From positions 3,310 through 67,309 of the forward strand of contig ONTQ01000007.1 of the NCBI GenBank assembly GCA_900320795.1: a stretch of 64,000 bases of DNA. The letters run 5' to 3'. The notes below the pieces were generated by a model. It saw only the letters and a program-made list of their open reading frames with translations. It did no database searches and was not told where the DNA came from. Position numbers and translations under genes: made by a program. This DNA is from an uncultured Bacteroidales bacterium. GTDB lineage: Bacteria > Bacteroidota > Bacteroidia > Bacteroidales > UBA932. Of this stretch, positions 1 through 10,035 are shown one piece after another (positions within the stretch are counted from its first letter, which is position 1; every line of letters starts with the position of its first letter).

Positions 1-80
1 CCTTCTTTGTCTTTGAGGTCCGCCGGAGCGGCGGTCTGGCGCAGCACTTCTGCGCCATAAAGGTAAATCGGTCTTATCAT
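1..80 (-). CDS. def: Peptide deformylase, N-terminal part (runs off the window)
   Basis: Minus-strand MIRPIYLYGAEVLRQTA resembles the Bacteroidota PDF N-terminus; ATG overlaps the ruvX stop (ATGA); ruvX-def is a usual gene order. Confidence 0.8.
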   Translation of the reverse strand, partial: MIRPIYLYGAEVLRQTAAPADLKDKE

Positions 81-562
81 TTCTTTTTCCTTGTCTTGTT
101 ACGGGACAGGCTTTCCGGAACGGCCGAGGGGTCGAAAACGGCGCTGCTGCCACGAGTACGGTCCAGGTAGCTCTGCAGGATGATGGCGGCGGAGATTTTG
201 TCCACGGAGGACTTGTCTTTCCGCTGGGAAGCCTTCATGCCTCCGTCTATCATCACCTGATGCGCGAGCACTGAGGTAAAACGCTCGTCTTCAAGCGTTA
301 CGGGCGTATCCGGAAAGGCTTTGGCGAGGCTCTTCAGAAAGACGTCGACATCGGCCCGGGCCTCGGACGGCCTGCCGTCCATGTTCACCGGATAACCCAC
401 TACAAAGCGAAGGATTCTCTCGGAGATGGCGTATTTTTTGAGATAATCTATTAACTTTGTAGAATCGATAGTATCGAGGGCAGAGGCAAAGATTCCCAGC
501 GGATCACTGACCGAGAGGCCGGTTCTCCTGCGTCCGAAGTCTATGCCGATGATTCTGTCCAT
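77..562 (-). CDS. ruvX: Holliday junction resolvase-like RuvX/YqgF
   Basis: IGIDFGRRRTGLSVSD, VVGYP, DERFTS and DKISAAIILQSYL motifs. Confidence 0.95.
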   Translation of the reverse strand: MDRIIGIDFGRRRTGLSVSDPLGIFASALDTIDSTKLIDYLKKYAISERILRFVVGYPVNMDGRPSEARADVDVFLKSLAKAFPDTPVTLEDERFTSVLAHQVMIDGGMKASQRKDKSSVDKISAAIILQSYLDRTRGSSAVFDPSAVPESLSRNKTRKKK

Positions 563-588
563 ACAATCTGCAAATATACGAATATTTT

Positions 589-1434
589 ATGGATAAACCC
601 GATAAGAAAAACCGCAACTTCCGCCTTACACTGGTGGATGCCACCTCTCATGAGCGCCTCTGGAGTCTGCGTTTTTCCAAGTCCAATCTTCTGGTAGGCG
701 GGATTTCGGCCGTAGTGGTCGTGCTGCTGGTGATTTTTTCGCTCATCGCCTTTACCCCCATCCGAACCTTTATTCCCGGTTATCCGGATGCCAATTCCCG
801 CCGTCAGGCCGTTCAGAATGTGCTTCGGATTGATTCGCTTGAAACCCGCATCCTGCAGTGGGAACTCTATACCGAGAATCTTCGCCGGGTCGTGGCGGGG
901 GAGGCCCCCATCCGTCTGGATACCCTGATTATCGGCAGCCAGGGCTCCCGCGCCGTTTCTGATGCCCATTATCTAGCCATCCGGGATTCCCTTCTGCGCC
1001 TGGAGGTTACCGAGGAAGAGCAGTTCGGCGTTTCTGCCGGTGCCCGTCGCGGCAACCTTCCCATCGAGGCCCTTTCGTTCTATACGCCGGTCAAAGGGGT
1101 CATGTCAAAGGGGTATGAGCGCGTGCAGCATCCCTGGGTGGATATTACGGCTCCCGTAGGCAGCACCGTCATGGCCGTCCTGGATGGAACGGTGGTGTAC
1201 ACCAGCTGGGAACAGGAATCAGGCTATACCCTGATTCTCCAGCATGGAAGTGACCTTCTTTCTGTCTATAAGAATAACCAGAAGCTTCTGCACAGGAGCG
1301 GAGACGTGGTCAAAGCCGGTACGCCCGTGGGCATGCTGGCCCCGTCTTCTTCGCTCACGAAAGGAGATCATCTGCATTTCGAACTCTGGTACAAGGGGGC
1401 ATCTGTCGATCCGTCACACTACATTAAGTTTTAA
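589..1434 (+). CDS. M23 family metallopeptidase, membrane anchored
   Basis: N-terminal TM; HxxxD (HPWVD) and HLHFE motifs; upstream of dxr. Confidence 0.9.
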   Translation: MDKPDKKNRNFRLTLVDATSHERLWSLRFSKSNLLVGGISAVVVVLLVIFSLIAFTPIRTFIPGYPDANSRRQAVQNVLRIDSLETRILQWELYTENLRRVVAGEAPIRLDTLIIGSQGSRAVSDAHYLAIRDSLLRLEVTEEEQFGVSAGARRGNLPIEALSFYTPVKGVMSKGYERVQHPWVDITAPVGSTVMAVLDGTVVYTSWEQESGYTLILQHGSDLLSVYKNNQKLLHRSGDVVKAGTPVGMLAPSSSLTKGDHLHFELWYKGASVDPSHYIKF

Positions 1435-1440
1435 CGCAGC

Positions 1441-2607
1441 ATGAAGCAAAAGACCATCGCCATCCTGGGATCCACGGGATCTATCGGCACGCAGACATTG
1501 GATGTTGTAAGCCAGTTTCCTGAACGTTTTTCCGTTTTCATGCTGTCGGCCAATAACAGTGCCGACCTTCTCATCGAACAGGCACTGAGGTTCCATGTGC
1601 CCCATGTAGTCATCTGCAATCCCCAGAAGTACGCCCAGGTGAAGGAAGCGCTTCCGGGGGTTCAGGTCCATCTCGGCATTGAAGCCGCCTGCGGCCTGGT
1701 GCAGGCGCCGGAAGTGGATGTGGTGGTGGCCGCCATGGTTGGGTTCAGCGGACTCAAGCCCACACTGGCCGCCATCCGGGCTGCCAAGACCCTGGCTTTG
1801 GCCAATAAGGAGACCCTCGTAGCGGCCGGCCCGCTGGTGATGGGAGAGGTGGAACGCTGCGGCGCCCGTATCTATCCGGTCGATTCGGAACATTCGGCCA
1901 TTTTCCAATGTCTGGAAGGTGCCAAGGGAAACCCCGTTCACCTGATTCATCTGACGGCATCCGGCGGCCCTTTCCGTACCTGGCCCAGGGAACAGATTGC
2001 CTGTGCCACCAAGGCAGAGGCGCTGAAACACCCCAACTGGGATATGGGCGCCAAGATTACCATCGATTCCGCCACGATGATGAACAAGGGCTTCGAAGTC
2101 ATCGAAGCCAAGTGGCTTTTCAATGTCCCGGCGGAAAAGATTCATGTGGTGGTGCATCCGGAATCCATTATCCATTCCATGGTGGAATTTGCCGACGGCG
2201 CGGTCATCGCCCAACTCGGCTGTCCGGACATGCGGCTTCCCATTTCGCTGGCCATGGCTTATCCGGAACGCCTTCCGCTTTCAGGAAAACGATTGGATTT
2301 CAAAACTTTACAGGGCCTTTCTTTCTTTGAGCCCGACCGTGTCAAGTTCCCTTGCCTGCAACTTGCCTTCGACGCCATCGGACGGGGCGGCAACATTCCT
2401 TGCGCCATGAATGCGGCCAATGAGGCTGCCGTGGCCGCCTTCCTCGCGGGAAGAATCGCGTTCTACGACATTCCCCGTACCATTGCACGTGTGATGGATG
2501 GTGTGAATTTTGTAGGGAATCCTTCGCTGGATGATATTTTTGCCACCCATAACCAGGCATTTCATCTGGCGGAACAGTCCTTCCCTGAGGTATGGCGGTC
2601 CTTTTAA
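1441..2607 (+). CDS. dxr: 1-deoxy-D-xylulose 5-phosphate reductoisomerase
   Basis: LGSTGSIG, LANKE, PVDSEHSAIFQ, HPNWDMGAKITIDSATMMNKG. Confidence 0.98.
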   Translation: MKQKTIAILGSTGSIGTQTLDVVSQFPERFSVFMLSANNSADLLIEQALRFHVPHVVICNPQKYAQVKEALPGVQVHLGIEAACGLVQAPEVDVVVAAMVGFSGLKPTLAAIRAAKTLALANKETLVAAGPLVMGEVERCGARIYPVDSEHSAIFQCLEGAKGNPVHLIHLTASGGPFRTWPREQIACATKAEALKHPNWDMGAKITIDSATMMNKGFEVIEAKWLFNVPAEKIHVVVHPESIIHSMVEFADGAVIAQLGCPDMRLPISLAMAYPERLPLSGKRLDFKTLQGLSFFEPDRVKFPCLQLAFDAIGRGGNIPCAMNAANEAAVAAFLAGRIAFYDIPRTIARVMDGVNFVGNPSLDDIFATHNQAFHLAEQSFPEVWRSF

Positions 2608-3926
2608 AAGTATTGCAGGTTGTCCTTGCTCTTTCCGTCCTCATCATTATCCATGAGGCCGGGCATTTCATGTGGGCGCGCATCTTCCGCATCCGGGTGG
2701 ACAAGTTCTTCCTTTTCTTCGATATCGGGGGCGTGAAACTGTTCTCCACCCGTATGGATTGGTTCCGGAAGTTGGTGCCCTCATCGGCCCGTTGGGAAAC
2801 GGAATACGGGATTGGCTGGCTGCCGCTGGGCGGTTACTGCAAGATAGCCGGCATGATTGACGAATCCATGGATACGGAGGCCCTGAAAAAGGAGCCGCAG
2901 CCTTGGGAGTTCCGCAGCAAGCCGGCTTGGAAGCGCCTTTTCGTAATGAGTGGTGGCGTGCTCAACAATTTCCTGCTGGCCATCGCGCTGTTTATCGCCA
3001 TCCTGGCCATCTGGGGCGATAATTACATGCCCAATGACAGTCCGGTCTATGTCAATGAGTTGGGGGAAGAACTGGGGTTCCGCACCGGAGACCGAATTCT
3101 CCTTTATGACGGCTATGCTCCCAGGGATTTCCTCAGCCTCCAGGCCGATCTGGCCCGTCGCCAGGTAGAGAAGGCCACCGTGCTCCGCGGCACGGATACG
3201 CTGGATATCTATATCGACCAGTCCCTGATGGGGGATATCCTGAATACGCCAGGGATGTTCGATATCGCCCTGCCGTTTGTGGTGGACAGCATCATGGACA
3301 CCTCTCCCAACGTTCTGTCCGGCCTTCAGAAGGGAGACCGGATTGTCGGTGTCTGCGGGGAGGAGACCCCTTATCTGCAGGATGCGCAGAAAGTGCTTCA
3401 CGCCCATCCCGGCGAAACCCTTCCGGTGGCGGTCCTCAGAGGGGAGGACACCTTGTCACTGGCCATGCAGGTGGATACCCTGGGCATGTTGGGGGTCTTT
3501 TTCCGCAATCCGTCCCTGAAGCACCGTGATTATTCTTTGTGGGAGTCTGTCCCGGCGGGCTGTGCCCTGGCCTGGAGTTCCGTCACGGGTTATCTGCAGG
3601 ATCTTCGGCTCGTCGCTACCCCTTCTACCGGGGCCTACAAGTCTGTGGGCAGTTTCGTCGCCATCGGCCAGGTGTTCCCCTCTTCCTGGAACTGGCATCA
3701 GTTCCTGTATATCCTGGCGCTCCTGTCCATCATGCTGGGGGTGATGAACCTCCTGCCCATTCCGGCACTGGATGGCGGGCACATCGTTTTCTGCCTGTAT
3801 GAGATGATTACCGGCCGAAAACCCAGCGACCGGTTCCTCACCATTGCCCAGGTAATCGGCATGTTCCTGTTACTGATGCTGATGTTCTTGGCCTTTGGAA
3901 ATGATATTTCACGACTAATCCATTGA
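2592..3926 (+). CDS. rseP: RIP metalloprotease RseP (M50, PDZ)
   Basis: HEAGH, PLGGY, NLLPIPALDGG. Confidence 0.96.
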   Translation: MAVLLKVLQVVLALSVLIIIHEAGHFMWARIFRIRVDKFFLFFDIGGVKLFSTRMDWFRKLVPSSARWETEYGIGWLPLGGYCKIAGMIDESMDTEALKKEPQPWEFRSKPAWKRLFVMSGGVLNNFLLAIALFIAILAIWGDNYMPNDSPVYVNELGEELGFRTGDRILLYDGYAPRDFLSLQADLARRQVEKATVLRGTDTLDIYIDQSLMGDILNTPGMFDIALPFVVDSIMDTSPNVLSGLQKGDRIVGVCGEETPYLQDAQKVLHAHPGETLPVAVLRGEDTLSLAMQVDTLGMLGVFFRNPSLKHRDYSLWESVPAGCALAWSSVTGYLQDLRLVATPSTGAYKSVGSFVAIGQVFPSSWNWHQFLYILALLSIMLGVMNLLPIPALDGGHIVFCLYEMITGRKPSDRFLTIAQVIGMFLLLMLMFLAFGNDISRLIH

Positions 3927-3931
3927 TAATT

Positions 3932-4933
3932 ATGAAGTTCCGTAGAATTTTTGCCCTCGCGGCCTGCCTTTTGGCCCTCTCTGCCTGCAAAAGCGGCGAA
4001 AAGAAGACCTTACTTCCCAATGTGAGCGGGAAGGCAGGTGAAGTCCTGGTCACGATCGAGCGGGAACAGTGGGAAGGGAATCTGGGCGTTGCCATCCGGG
4101 ATGCCCTGGCTTCCGATACGCCTTATCTGGCCCAGCGTGAGCCGCTTTTCGCCCTGTCCAATGTTCCTCCCGGGAGTTTCAATAACATGTTCAAAATGCA
4201 CCGTAACCTTTTGCTGGTGAACATCAATCCGCAGAATGCCAGTAACGGGGTGGTGTACAAGAACAATGTCTGGGCGCAGCCCCAGGCCGTTGTCCAGGTA
4301 AACGCGGCCGACCAGGAGCAGGCCCTGGAACTGTTCCGGGAAGCGGCGCCTGTCATCGCGGAGTTTTTCGAGCAGTCGGAGCGGGACCGCAACATCGCCA
4401 ATGCCAAGCTTTATGAGGAACGTGCCCTGCGCGATCCCGTAAAGAAGGTGACCGGGGGTGTCATCCATTTCCCTTCCGGCTATCGTTGCCGGAAATTTAC
4501 CGACGATTTTGTTTGGATTGCCGATGAAAAGCAGTATGTCCAGCAGTATGTGATGGCATACCGTTACCCGGCAGACCGGCAGGATGTCTTTACGGTCGAT
4601 CAGATTATCCGGGAGCGGAACCGCGTCATGCAATCCAACGTGCCCGGAATGTTCGAAGGTTCTTATATGACTACTTCCAACGCGCAGGAACCTACTACGC
4701 GGTCGCTCCGCTACCATGGACGCGATTTCATGGAAACCCGTGGCTTCTGGGAAGTTCATGGAGATTTCATGGGCGGACCTTTCGTATCCCATTCCTTTTA
4801 TAGCAAGGATGGGAAGGACATCATTGTCCTGGAAGCTTTCGTGTTCGCTCCCCGTTATGACAAGCGCCAATATCTCAGACAAGTTGAATCGCTCCTTTAT
4901 TCGTTTGAATGGGAGGAAGAATCTAATCAGTAA
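3932..4933 (+). CDS. DUF4837 family lipoprotein
   Basis: Lipobox LSAC; conserved-looking RGFWEV-GDFMGGPFVSH and FAPRYDKR motifs. Confidence 0.8.
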   Translation: MKFRRIFALAACLLALSACKSGEKKTLLPNVSGKAGEVLVTIEREQWEGNLGVAIRDALASDTPYLAQREPLFALSNVPPGSFNNMFKMHRNLLLVNINPQNASNGVVYKNNVWAQPQAVVQVNAADQEQALELFREAAPVIAEFFEQSERDRNIANAKLYEERALRDPVKKVTGGVIHFPSGYRCRKFTDDFVWIADEKQYVQQYVMAYRYPADRQDVFTVDQIIRERNRVMQSNVPGMFEGSYMTTSNAQEPTTRSLRYHGRDFMETRGFWEVHGDFMGGPFVSHSFYSKDGKDIIVLEAFVFAPRYDKRQYLRQVESLLYSFEWEEESNQ

Positions 4934-4936
4934 GCT

Positions 4937-6622
4937 GTGAAAAAACTATTATTGTTCCTGTTGCCTCTTGCCGTACTGACTTTCTCTTGTGTGGAGGAAA
5001 AACCCGGCGGAGAAGAACCCGAAAAGCCGGAAGTGCCTGAAATCCCAGTAGAGGTAAAACTACAGATCGTGGTGGCCGATGATGCCTTCCAGTCCCTGAA
5101 GGCCGGTGAAACCATCCAGGTGGGATATGAGGTGAAAACGCCTCAGAATGTGACCTATACGCTGATGTCTTTCCATCCGGAAGGATGGACGGTAAGTTGG
5201 GGCGCTCCCAGCGGCGACAAGGGAACCCTGACCGTGTCGATTCCCGCCGGAGCCGCTGCCGGCCGGATGATGCTGGTGGCGAACGGAAGCGACGGCAGTT
5301 GTTTCGTGAAAGTGCTTGGCGTGGGCGTCGGCAATACCGGGACAGTGGAGGCCTACGAGGCTGTGGATGCCTCCGGCGGTTCCCTGGAACTGCCTTCCGG
5401 AGCCGGTACCATTAAAATTGCCGCGTCGGGAGGTGATTGGGTGAGTATAAAGGAAAACCAATTGGTCCTGACCGAGAACACGACCTATGAATCCCGGGAA
5501 GCGCTGGTTACTTTCAGTGTTGACAATCGGGATTGCAAACTCACCATCGTGCAGGCTCAGAAGGATGCCATTGTCCTTACTTCCAATCAACTGGAGGCGG
5601 CCGCAGCCGGCGAGACCCTGAATTTCATCGTCCGGGCCAATGTGGAGGTTCAGGCGAAGTGCAGTGCAGACTGGCTCACCGTCTCTGCAACCAAGGGTAT
5701 GGAAGACAAGCCATTCAGCATTACCGTATCGGCCAATGAGACCGAGGAGATTCGCTCTGCGGTCATTTCCTTCACGTCCGGAGATCTTGTTCAGGAAGTC
5801 ACGTTGACTCAGGCTCCGCTTCCTCCGGCGCATACCGGTAATTACCTGTTGCTGACAGATACCTCTTTCCTGGAGCCGGGAGACGAGCTCTTGATTGTCA
5901 ATCTGAAGGGCACCATGGCGATGGGCCGTCAGACAGGAACATATCGTTCTCCTGTCTCTGTTACCCCGGAATATGATATTATCAAAGATCCCGCGAGAGA
6001 TGTGGAGGTTATTACACTGGGCGGTAAGCCCGGTGCCTGGGAGCTGGGCGTGACGGGCGGCTATCTGTCGGCCTCGTCCGAAACCAAGAGCCAGCTCCTC
6101 ACCGTAGATACGCTGTCCGATTTTTCCAGATGGACCATCGATGTCTCCGACAACGGAACAGCCATCATCAAATCGCTGGAAGGGAGCCGGAACTTGTTGT
6201 GCTATAACACACGGGATATGCGCTTCTGCTGTTACCTGTCCACTTCTTCCCATGTGGTGGAACTGACCTTGTATCATAAACCGGCAAAAGCCAAATCCAT
6301 TACGGATCGGGAGGAACCCGGTATTTATCTGGGTGGCCGGAATACACGCAGCTATCTGCCGGGCGAAGACCAGCTGGTCCGTTCCTATCTCGGGGATCAG
6401 TTGCGTTATGCCCTGGTGAATCCTCTCAAGCGGGAACAGATTTCGGTGGAAGGCTACAGGGAAGGGATTCTGCCGGGTGAAGTTGTCAAAATCAATATCC
6501 TGTGGAAAGAAGGATGGAATGTCCTGCTTGCCAAAGAATATGGATTTGTCCTGAAAAAAGAGGAAAACGGTAAAGTGTGGCTCGGAGACGAAGAGGGCCG
6601 TGGAGTCATTATCAAAAAGTAA
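4937..6622 (+). CDS. BACON-domain surface lipoprotein
   Basis: GTG start, lipobox TFSC, two BACON-like repeats (DW....N....R.A.I.F......V.Q). Confidence 0.75.
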   Translation: MKKLLLFLLPLAVLTFSCVEEKPGGEEPEKPEVPEIPVEVKLQIVVADDAFQSLKAGETIQVGYEVKTPQNVTYTLMSFHPEGWTVSWGAPSGDKGTLTVSIPAGAAAGRMMLVANGSDGSCFVKVLGVGVGNTGTVEAYEAVDASGGSLELPSGAGTIKIAASGGDWVSIKENQLVLTENTTYESREALVTFSVDNRDCKLTIVQAQKDAIVLTSNQLEAAAAGETLNFIVRANVEVQAKCSADWLTVSATKGMEDKPFSITVSANETEEIRSAVISFTSGDLVQEVTLTQAPLPPAHTGNYLLLTDTSFLEPGDELLIVNLKGTMAMGRQTGTYRSPVSVTPEYDIIKDPARDVEVITLGGKPGAWELGVTGGYLSASSETKSQLLTVDTLSDFSRWTIDVSDNGTAIIKSLEGSRNLLCYNTRDMRFCCYLSTSSHVVELTLYHKPAKAKSITDREEPGIYLGGRNTRSYLPGEDQLVRSYLGDQLRYALVNPLKREQISVEGYREGILPGEVVKINILWKEGWNVLLAKEYGFVLKKEENGKVWLGDEEGRGVIIKK

Positions 6623-6628
6623 GGAGGT

Positions 6629-8434
6629 ATGAAAAAGATATTGTTACTTGTAACGTTGGTGACGCTTTCACTGTCCGTTATGGCCAAACCTGCCAAACCT
6701 GGTTTTATCCGCTATGTACAGCCGGACGGAAGTATCGTCCTGATCCAGCGACATGGGGATGAATGGGGACACTGGACCACTGATGACAAAGGGCGGGTGG
6801 TCAGAAAGGAGACCGACGGGTTTTATCGGCCCATAGAGGGAATGACTCCGACGAAGGCTGCGCGGGGAGCTGCCCTGCGGCGTAAGGCTGCCCGTCAGAT
6901 GCGTTCCGCGGTTCAGTCCAAGGCGCCGGTTGCGCTGGGACAGAAAAAGTTCTTGCTGATTCTGGTCGAGTTCAGTGACCTGGAGTTCAAGGTGGAAAAT
7001 GCCCATGAGGCTTTTGACAACATGATGAATCAGCCGGGCTATTCGGTCAATGGAGCCACCGGCAGTGCCCGTGATTTCTATTATGACAATTCCCACGGCG
7101 TCTTTGAACCCGTTTTCGACGTTTTCGGTCCGGTGAAACTGGAGAAGGAAATGGCGTATTACGGTGAAAATGATGAGAATGAAAACGATGGAAGGCCACA
7201 TGAAGCGGTACGCGATGCCGTTGTCATGCTGGATGGGGAAGTAGACTTCTCCCAATATGATCACGACAATGACGGCGAGGTGGATCTGGTGTTTATGATC
7301 TATGCTGGAAAGGGCGAAGCGGACGGCGGCGACGATGATTCTATCTGGCCCCACCAGTGGAATCTCCAGTATGGCGGAATCGATCTGACGCTCGATGGAA
7401 AGACAATAGACCGATATGCCTGTGGCTCGGAATTGGACGGAAGCGGAAACATGGACGGAATCGGGACAGTGTGCCATGAGTTCGGCCATGCCATGGGTCT
7501 GCCGGATTTCTACGATACGGATTACGATGTCAACGGACAACCCAGAACCCTGCTGTCCTATTCTACCATGGATGCGGGAACCTATAACAACAACGGAAGG
7601 ACACCACCTTACTTCAATATGGAAGAACGGATTATCCTGGGCTGGCTGGACGAGAGTGCCATCCGGGAATTTCAGAAAGACGGAGAATACACCCTGGAGC
7701 CTGTTGACAATAACGTGGCATACAAGACTCTCACAGACATGGAGGGCGAGTATTTTGTTTACGAGTGCCGCACTCTTTCTGGATGGGACCGCTATATTCC
7801 GGCACCGGGCCTGATCGTTTACCATGTGGACAAATCGGATCGTCAGGTAGAGATTAAGGACGGTTACGGCAGATCTTATCAGAATACAGCAAAGGACCTC
7901 TGGCTCAACTGGTCCTACACCAATGCCATCAACGAGAACGGAGAGCATCCCTGTTTCTATGTGGTGGCTTCCGGAGCTCCCGAAGATGTCTCTTTCGGTA
8001 TGAAGTACTATAGTGGTTATGGCTATTACTTCGACTCCCAGTACAACGACCGTCTGCCTTTTCCGGGACAGGACAAGGTGACGGAGTATATCCCCGTCAG
8101 CTGGAACGGGGTCCCCTCCGAGGTAGCGATGAGTGAAATCGGTTTTTCCTCTGACAAGGTGTCATTCCGAGTTCAGGGCATCTCCACCAGTATGCTGGAT
8201 TATCCGGTCATCGCCAATCCCGGCCAGGGCCGATACAAGGCCGGTTCTCAGTTTGCTTTTTCCCTGATTCTCCCCACGGAGTATACGGCACGGGAGGTGA
8301 ACTGGTTCTTTGATGACGCTCGCGTCAACGCAGCGTCCGTGACACTTTCGGCCGGAACCCATGTGGTGGAGGCACAAGTAAGCACAGAAGGGGGGAGAAA
8401 AGACATTGTAACATTGGAGATACAGGTAGAGTAA
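6629..8434 (+). CDS. M6 (immune inhibitor A-like) secreted metalloprotease
   Basis: Signal peptide, QPDGS..GDEW propeptide, HEFGHAMGLPDFYD zinc motif. Confidence 0.92.
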   Translation: MKKILLLVTLVTLSLSVMAKPAKPGFIRYVQPDGSIVLIQRHGDEWGHWTTDDKGRVVRKETDGFYRPIEGMTPTKAARGAALRRKAARQMRSAVQSKAPVALGQKKFLLILVEFSDLEFKVENAHEAFDNMMNQPGYSVNGATGSARDFYYDNSHGVFEPVFDVFGPVKLEKEMAYYGENDENENDGRPHEAVRDAVVMLDGEVDFSQYDHDNDGEVDLVFMIYAGKGEADGGDDDSIWPHQWNLQYGGIDLTLDGKTIDRYACGSELDGSGNMDGIGTVCHEFGHAMGLPDFYDTDYDVNGQPRTLLSYSTMDAGTYNNNGRTPPYFNMEERIILGWLDESAIREFQKDGEYTLEPVDNNVAYKTLTDMEGEYFVYECRTLSGWDRYIPAPGLIVYHVDKSDRQVEIKDGYGRSYQNTAKDLWLNWSYTNAINENGEHPCFYVVASGAPEDVSFGMKYYSGYGYYFDSQYNDRLPFPGQDKVTEYIPVSWNGVPSEVAMSEIGFSSDKVSFRVQGISTSMLDYPVIANPGQGRYKAGSQFAFSLILPTEYTAREVNWFFDDARVNAASVTLSAGTHVVEAQVSTEGGRKDIVTLEIQVE

Positions 8435-8474
8435 AAAAGATTCCAAATTATTTTGGATGCTAAATTTTTTTTCT

Positions 8475-8482
8475 TACCTTTG
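8475..8482 (+). promoter_or_regulatory. Bacteroidota -7 promoter box for tRNA-Glu/rpsT
   Basis: TACCTTTG matches TAnnTTTG, with TTTG about 20 bp upstream. Confidence 0.75.
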
Positions 8483-8495
8483 CAGTCCCAAGTTT

Positions 8496-8567
8496 GGTGG
8501 GTTCGTATAACGGTTAGTACTCGGGATTTTCATTCCCGCAATAGGAGTTCGATTCTCCTACCCACTA
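8496..8567 (+). tRNA. tRNA-Glu(TTC)
   Basis: GGTGGGT/ACCCACT acceptor stem; CGGGA-TTTTCAT-TCCCG anticodon arm; GTTCGATTC T-loop. Confidence 0.95.
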
Positions 8568-8596
8568 CCCACTACCAAATATAAAAAAGTAAAATA

Positions 8597-8851
8597 ATGG
8601 CAAACACTAAATCCGCCCAGCGTGCCGCGCGTCAGAGCGAGCGACACAGACTGCATAACAAGTATTATGCAAAGACTACGAGGAATGCTATCCGCGACCT
8701 CCGTAATACCACTGATAAGGCAGCAGCCCAGGAGAATGCTCCCAAGGTTTATGCTATGATTGACAAGCTCGCAAAGATCGGGGTTATCCACAAGAATAAA
8801 GCGGCCAACCTCAAGAGCGGTCTCCAAGTGTTCATTAACAAGCTCGCTTAA
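8597..8851 (+). CDS. rpsT: 30S ribosomal protein S20
   Basis: MANTKSA..., [19 protein letters not shown]. Confidence 0.98.
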   Translation: MANTKSAQRAARQSERHRLHNKYYAKTTRNAIRDLRNTTDKAAAQENAPKVYAMIDKLAKIGVIHKNKAANLKSGLQVFINKLA

Positions 8852-8864
8852 GAGCTTGTTTTTT
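8837..8864 (+). terminator. Hairpin plus T-run after rpsT
   Basis: AACAAGCTC-GCTTAA-GAGCTTGTT-TTTT. Confidence 0.6.
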
Positions 8865-8873
8865 ATCGGGAAT

Positions 8874-8946
8874 CGGGATGTAGCGCAGTTGGTAGCGCAC
8901 TACGTTCGGGACGTAGGGGTCGCTCGTTCGAGTCGAGTCATCCCGA
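8874..8946 (+). tRNA. tRNA-Pro(CGG)
   Basis: CGGGATG/CATCCCG acceptor stem; CTACG-TTCGGGA-CGTAG anticodon arm. Confidence 0.96.
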
Positions 8947-8949
8947 CAC

Positions 8950-8979
8950 AAAAAGCCAGGCTTTCGGGCCTGGCTTTTT
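8950..8979. terminator. Bidirectional intrinsic terminator
   Basis: AAAAAGCCAGGC-TTTCGG-GCCTGGCTTTTT between convergent genes. Confidence 0.85.
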
Positions 8980-8998
8980 GTTTGTGGGAGAAGTGGTT

Positions 8999-10021
8999 CT
9001 AGTTACCGGCAACCACGATGCAGGCCAGTCCTGCGATGAACAGGCAGAACATGAGGGCCAGCAAGCCATAGACTTTTTTCCCGGCGCCCTTGAACTCTTT
9101 CCAGATGAAAACGCCCCAGATGGCGGCAATCATGGGTGCGCCTTGTCCCAGTGCATAGGAGACCGCAGGGCCCGCCTTTTCCGCCGTGATGTAACTGAGG
9201 GCCGTTCCCAGGCACCAGATGGCGCCGCCCAGCATACCCACCAGGTGGGTTTTGACATCTCCGGAGAAATATGCTTTGTATTTGACTGGCGAGCCCACGA
9301 AAGGTTTGCGCATGACAATGGTGTTGAATACGAAGTTGCTCAGGAGGACACCTATGGTGAAGATGACGATGGCTGTATAGGGCGTAACCTTGCCGGCGGC
9401 GGGACTGACGAAGTTGGTCGTGTCCATGGCCCGCATGACAAAGGAGGAGAAAAAGGACATCACCACGCCGGCGATGAGGGCCAGGATGATGCCCTTGCGC
9501 TGGTCGGCCTTGGAAATGCTGCTGTCTCCCTTGCGGCTGGCAGCCATGCCGTTGCAGACAATAGCTAAGACAACCAGGGCGACCCCGATGGCCAGAAGCA
9601 CCACATTGCCGGTTTTGGAACCCTGCTGTACCGCTACCCGGTAGTTGTTCACTACACCCAGTACCAAGGCCAGTCCTACACCCAGCGGGAAGGCCACGGA
9701 TAGGCCGGCGATGGAAGTAGAGGCAGAGAGCAGGATGTTGGAGGCGTTGAAAATGACGCCGCCCAGCAGTATCCAGAGGATGCTGGACAGGGAGGCTTGC
9801 GCAAGATCTGCCAGGAACGGGCGTCCCTCGGAGCCGATACTGCCTGCCGTGAAGGCGAGAAGCAGGGCGAAGAGAACCATTCCGATTACATAATCCCAAT
9901 AGAACAATTCATACCTCCAGTTTTTTGCGGCCAGCTTCTGGGTGTTACCCCAGGAACCCCAGCAGAGCATGGTGACAAAGCAGAGGATGACGGCTAATGT
10001 GTAACTGTTGACGATAAACAT
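8999..10021 (-). CDS. GRP/DMT-superfamily sugar permease, probably ribose
   Basis: About 10 TM helices, CWGSWGNTQK and WGVFIWKEF motifs; directly downstream of ribokinase. Confidence 0.85.
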   Translation of the reverse strand: MFIVNSYTLAVILCFVTMLCWGSWGNTQKLAAKNWRYELFYWDYVIGMVLFALLLAFTAGSIGSEGRPFLADLAQASLSSILWILLGGVIFNASNILLSASTSIAGLSVAFPLGVGLALVLGVVNNYRVAVQQGSKTGNVVLLAIGVALVVLAIVCNGMAASRKGDSSISKADQRKGIILALIAGVVMSFFSSFVMRAMDTTNFVSPAAGKVTPYTAIVIFTIGVLLSNFVFNTIVMRKPFVGSPVKYKAYFSGDVKTHLVGMLGGAIWCLGTALSYITAEKAGPAVSYALGQGAPMIAAIWGVFIWKEFKGAGKKVYGLLALMFCLFIAGLACIVVAGN

Positions 10022-10035
10022 GGCTTATTAAGGTT

